Positions 61,081 to 64,000 of a stretch of 64,000 bases of DNA are shown one piece after another. Position 1 is the first letter of the stretch. Every line of letters starts with the position of its first letter. The notes beneath the pieces were generated by a model that was not told the origin of the DNA, did not search any database, and was given only the letters and a program-made list of their open reading frames with translations. The stretch lies in the NCBI GenBank assembly GCA_014905635.1, contig CM026547.1:2480001-2544000 (forward strand), written 5' to 3'. Position numbers and translations under genes: made by a program. This DNA is from Scenedesmus sp. PABB004. Lineage: Eukaryota.

Positions 61081-62329
61081 GCCACGCGACCAGGTTGGTC
61101 TGCACGCCCGCCGGGCAGCCGGGCGGCAGCGGGGCCGCGGCACTCGGCGGCGCCGGCACGCCGTCCGGCTGGCGCGGCGCGGTCGCCAGTCCAGGCGCCG
61201 CGGCCGCCCTGCTGGCCTGCCGCGCGGCGATGAAGAGCTGCACCTCGCTGTGCACCACGGCGGGCGGCACCGCCAGGCCCGCCGGCGCGCTGCCGGCCTC
61301 GGCGACCACGCGCGCTACAACCTGCTGCAGCGTCGTCACGTCGAGGTCGGCCGTCTGCAGCGCGGCCACGAGCCGCGCGCGCAGCTGCCCGCCCGGGCCG
61401 TCCCACCTAGCCGCCCCGCACTCGCGGCAGCGGTGCGTGGCGGGCAGGTTGGGGGCCCCGCACGGCACCCAGGCCGGCGGGGCCGGCGCGCCGCCGCTGC
61501 CGCTGGCGCCGGGCGCCCCTGCCGGCAGCGGGACCGCGCTCCAGCACACCCAGCCCGCGGCGGCGGCGTCGCCGCTGACCGCCCCGTCGCCGGCCCGCAC
61601 GGTCGCCGGCGGCGGCTCGGGCCCAAACAGCTCGCCCAGCAGGCTGGCCTCGCCGCCGGGCGCGGACGCGCCGCGCGCCGCCGCCGCCTCCGCTGCCGCG
61701 CACTGGCGCTCCAGCGCCGCCGCCGCGCGCCCGCCCTGGCGCAGCAGCTGCGCCCGCTGCCGGCGCAGCCGCGCGGCCTGCGACTTGGGCAGCTTCTGCG
61801 GCCACCAGAGCTGCAGCTGATGCAGTCTGGGCGCGCGTGAGGAGGTTGGGCGGAGGAGAAGCACGCGGCGGGAGGTGAGCGCTGCGAGCCCGCGGGGCGC
61901 AGCGCCTGCGCCTGCACGCCCCTGCCGCGCCCGCACTCACCTCGCCTGCTCGTCCTGGAGCGCCATGCCCACCTGCCCCGCGGTCGTCCTGCGCGGCAAC
62001 AGCACGGCGGCGCGCACGGGCGCGCGTTGGCGGCCGGCCGCCGCCCCGGCGACGGCGGCCTGCGCCAACCGCCGCCCGCGGGCGGCGCGCCGGCGCGGGC
62101 GCCCGCACCTGGCGTCCCAGAGCTCGTTCCAGGTCAGCTGCGCCGGCTCCAGCTCCTCCTCGCCGCTGCCGCCCGCGCCCTCGTCGCCGCACACGCCCGC
62201 CGCCGCGAGCAGCGCGAGGCGGTGCTGCCGCTGCTCCTCCTGCGCGCGCGCCAGCTGCTGCGCGAAGGCGCTGCCCTCACCCAGCAGCCGCGCCCTGCTG
62301 ACATGGCCCTCCCGCGCCTGGCCGGCCAT
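58978..62329 (-). CDS. Hypothetical nuclear protein with degenerate RanBP2-type Zn finger and DEK-C-like helical domain; 3' end uncertain
   Basis: Spliced exons from ATG 62329, WVPCGAPNLPATHRCRECGAAR, LRARLVAALQTADLDVTTLQQVVARV, and polyQ and S/D-rich tracts. Confidence 0.55.
61004..61077. repeat. Long CAG/CTG (polyQ) tract
   Basis: Visible (ctg)n run. Confidence 0.92.
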
Positions 62330-62688
62330 GGCGGGCCGGCGCCGCCGCGCCGGGCGCCGCGCAGCGGCTGCTGCTCACGCCGCTGTGCCGCGCCCGGCGC
62401 CGAAGCAGGGCCGCCGCCGCCGCGGCGTGGCGTGCGCCATCGCAGCCCGGAGTGAGGTCCGGCCGGGAAGGGGGGGGGGCGGGGCGACGCGGCGCGCGAC
62501 GGCAGCGCTGCGGCGCCGCAAAGCCGCGGCGGCTTTGCAGCGCACGGGCCGGTCCAGGGTGCGCGCTCCAGCTGTCCGTTTCGACGACACGGCGCGCCTG
62601 TCAACCGCCGGCAGCTGACGACACGCTCTGCACACCCCCACCTCGCGCGCCGCTGCCGCTGCCGACTGCGCGCCGCCGCCGCGGCGCG

Positions 62689-63581
62689 ATGCTGCCGGTG
62701 TTCGTGCTGGGCGCGCTGGGTGGGCTGCTGGCGGGCTTGGTCAAGCACAGACTGCTCCCGGGCGGCGGCGGCGAGCCGCCGGCCGGCGACGGTGGCGAGC
62801 CGAGCGGTAGCAGCGCTGCTGGCAGCAGCAGAGGCGGCCGCCGGCGTCTGCTGGACGGCCGCCTGGGTGCGGCGGGCGCCTGCACGGCGGCAGCGGCGGC
62901 AGCTGCGGCGGCGGCTTTCGTGGTCGCGCGGGCGCGGCGGCGCGGGCGCGGCGGCGGCGCCGCGGCGCGGGCGCGGCGGCAGGTGCGCGAGGGGCGCATC
63001 CCGCTGCCGGACCTCGTCCGCTTCAAGGAGCGGCAGTGGTTTGTGGAGGAGCTAGAGGTGCGCACACTCCCGCGCGTTGGCGGCGGCGGCGGCGGCGGCC
63101 GGCGGGCAGCGCACGCACTCGCGACGCGGGCGGCGCGCGCCCGGTCGCGCACGCAGAACGCGCGCGACGCCGACCCCAACGCGATGCTGCGCCTGGCCAA
63201 GATGTACCTGCAGGGCCAGGGCTGCCAGCGCAACGTCGCGCTGGCGCAGGAGTGGGTGCGCAAGGCGAGGTGCGTGCCCGCGCCGCGCGGGCGGGCTCGC
63301 GGGCGGGCGGGCGCGCCGCGGCGGCGCTGCGCGCCTGCTGGCCGGCAGGTCCCACAGAGCGGCGGCGGCGGCGGCGGCGACGCAGGTCGATGGGCGTCGC
63401 GGCGAGCCTGGACGAGCTGTTTGCGACGGACGACCCCGACCCGCGCGGCAAGCTGCGCGCGCTCGCGGCGCAGGAGGAGCGCCGGCGCGCGCTGCGGCGC
63501 GGCGCGCCGGCGGGCGGGGGCGGCGCGCCGCGGCCCCCGCCGCATGCGCTCGCGCCGGGCGGCGCCGGCCCCGCAGCGTAG
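62689..63581 (+). CDS. Small membrane protein with a single Sel1-like repeat (3 exons)
   Basis: Hydrophobic N-terminus MLPVFVLGALGGLLAGLV and Sel1-like DPNAMLRLAKMYLQGQGCQRNVALAQEWVRKA. Confidence 0.72.
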
Positions 63582-63609
63582 CGGGCGCTCGAGGCCGTGC
63601 AACGCGCCG

Positions 63610-64000
63610 TCACAGCCGCCCGCACACGTCGGCCGCGTTGCGCGCCGCCCACGCGGCCGTCGACCACGCCGCGCCCAGGAGCTCCTGCAGTTGCCGCCGC
63701 CGCTGCGCGTCGAGCGCGGCCGCGCCGTCCGCCACCGCCTGCTCGCGCTGCAGCTCGCGCGCCGCCCAGGCCGCGAGCGCCTGGCACTGCGCCGCGCTCG
63801 AGGCCTCCGCCGCCGCCACCGCCTGCAGCACCCGCCAGGCCGTGTTGTGCCCGAGCGCCGCGACCACGTGTGGCCAGCTCTGCATTAAAAAGCCGCCCAC
63901 GCCCGCGGGGCCGGGCGTTGCGCCGCCGCGCGGCTGCGGCCGGCTGCGAGCCACCGAGCGGCTGACCAGCAGCGCCAGCTCCTCCGCGTGTGCAGACGGG
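63610..64000 (-). CDS. 3' end of a hypothetical protein running off the window
   Basis: Open frame from the window edge to TGA at 63610 with helical, coding-like sequence (FLMQSWPHVVAALGHNTAWRVLQ...). Confidence 0.5.
   Translation of the reverse strand, partial: PSAHAEELALLVSRSVARSRPQPRGGATPGPAGVGGFLMQSWPHVVAALGHNTAWRVLQAVAAAEASSAAQCQALAAWAARELQREQAVADGAAALDAQRRRQLQELLGAAWSTAAWAARNAADVCGRL

Noticed and set aside
1..64000. Hundreds of long overlapping R/A/G/P-rich ORFs in the ORF track
   Set aside because: Stop codons are rare at this GC level. Most are shadow frames or read through stop-free introns and show no family motifs.
1..64000. Selenoprotein, recoding or alternative genetic code
   Set aside because: No in-frame TGA/TAG/TAA was needed within conserved domains once introns were removed. 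Genes end in TGA, TAG or TAA normally.

Overview
This is eukaryotic nuclear DNA that looks extremely GC-rich (about 80% by eye), gene-dense and intron-rich. The short introns, TGTAA-type polyadenylation signals, chloroplast-targeted genes and OPR/PPR-cyclin proteins point to a chlorophyte green alga, probably Chlorophyceae (inference). I reconstructed about 27 spliced protein-coding genes by hand: argC, JmjC, PPR-cyclin, secreted cellobiose-2-epimerase-like, GST, YLPM1, LRRC6, YABBY-type zinc finger, flavin amine oxidase, FtsZ1, dymeclin, TEX9, CCDC90/FMP32, expansin-like, YJU2, mitochondrial S18, CCCH zinc finger, HHL1, torsin-like AAA+, DOLPP1, OPR, RIT1, RanBP2/DEK-C-like, Sel1-like and a few hypotheticals. 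Many of them sit in head-to-head pairs. No rRNA, tRNA, CRISPR or transposase was seen. Most long ORFs in the supplied track are GC artefacts or read through introns. Main highlights: (1) an unusually high frequency of GC-AG introns with an AG|GCGCG donor consensus; (2) a ~190-nt fold-back element inside an argC intron; (3) a perfect 54-bp inverted repeat that would sequester the likely start codon of RIT1, the initiator-tRNA modifying enzyme; (4) an algal torsin-like ATPase ending in -GKEL; (5) a stand-alone YABBY-type zinc finger. Gene coordinates are manual spans (start codon to stop, introns included), and family calls come from recalled motifs, not database searches.
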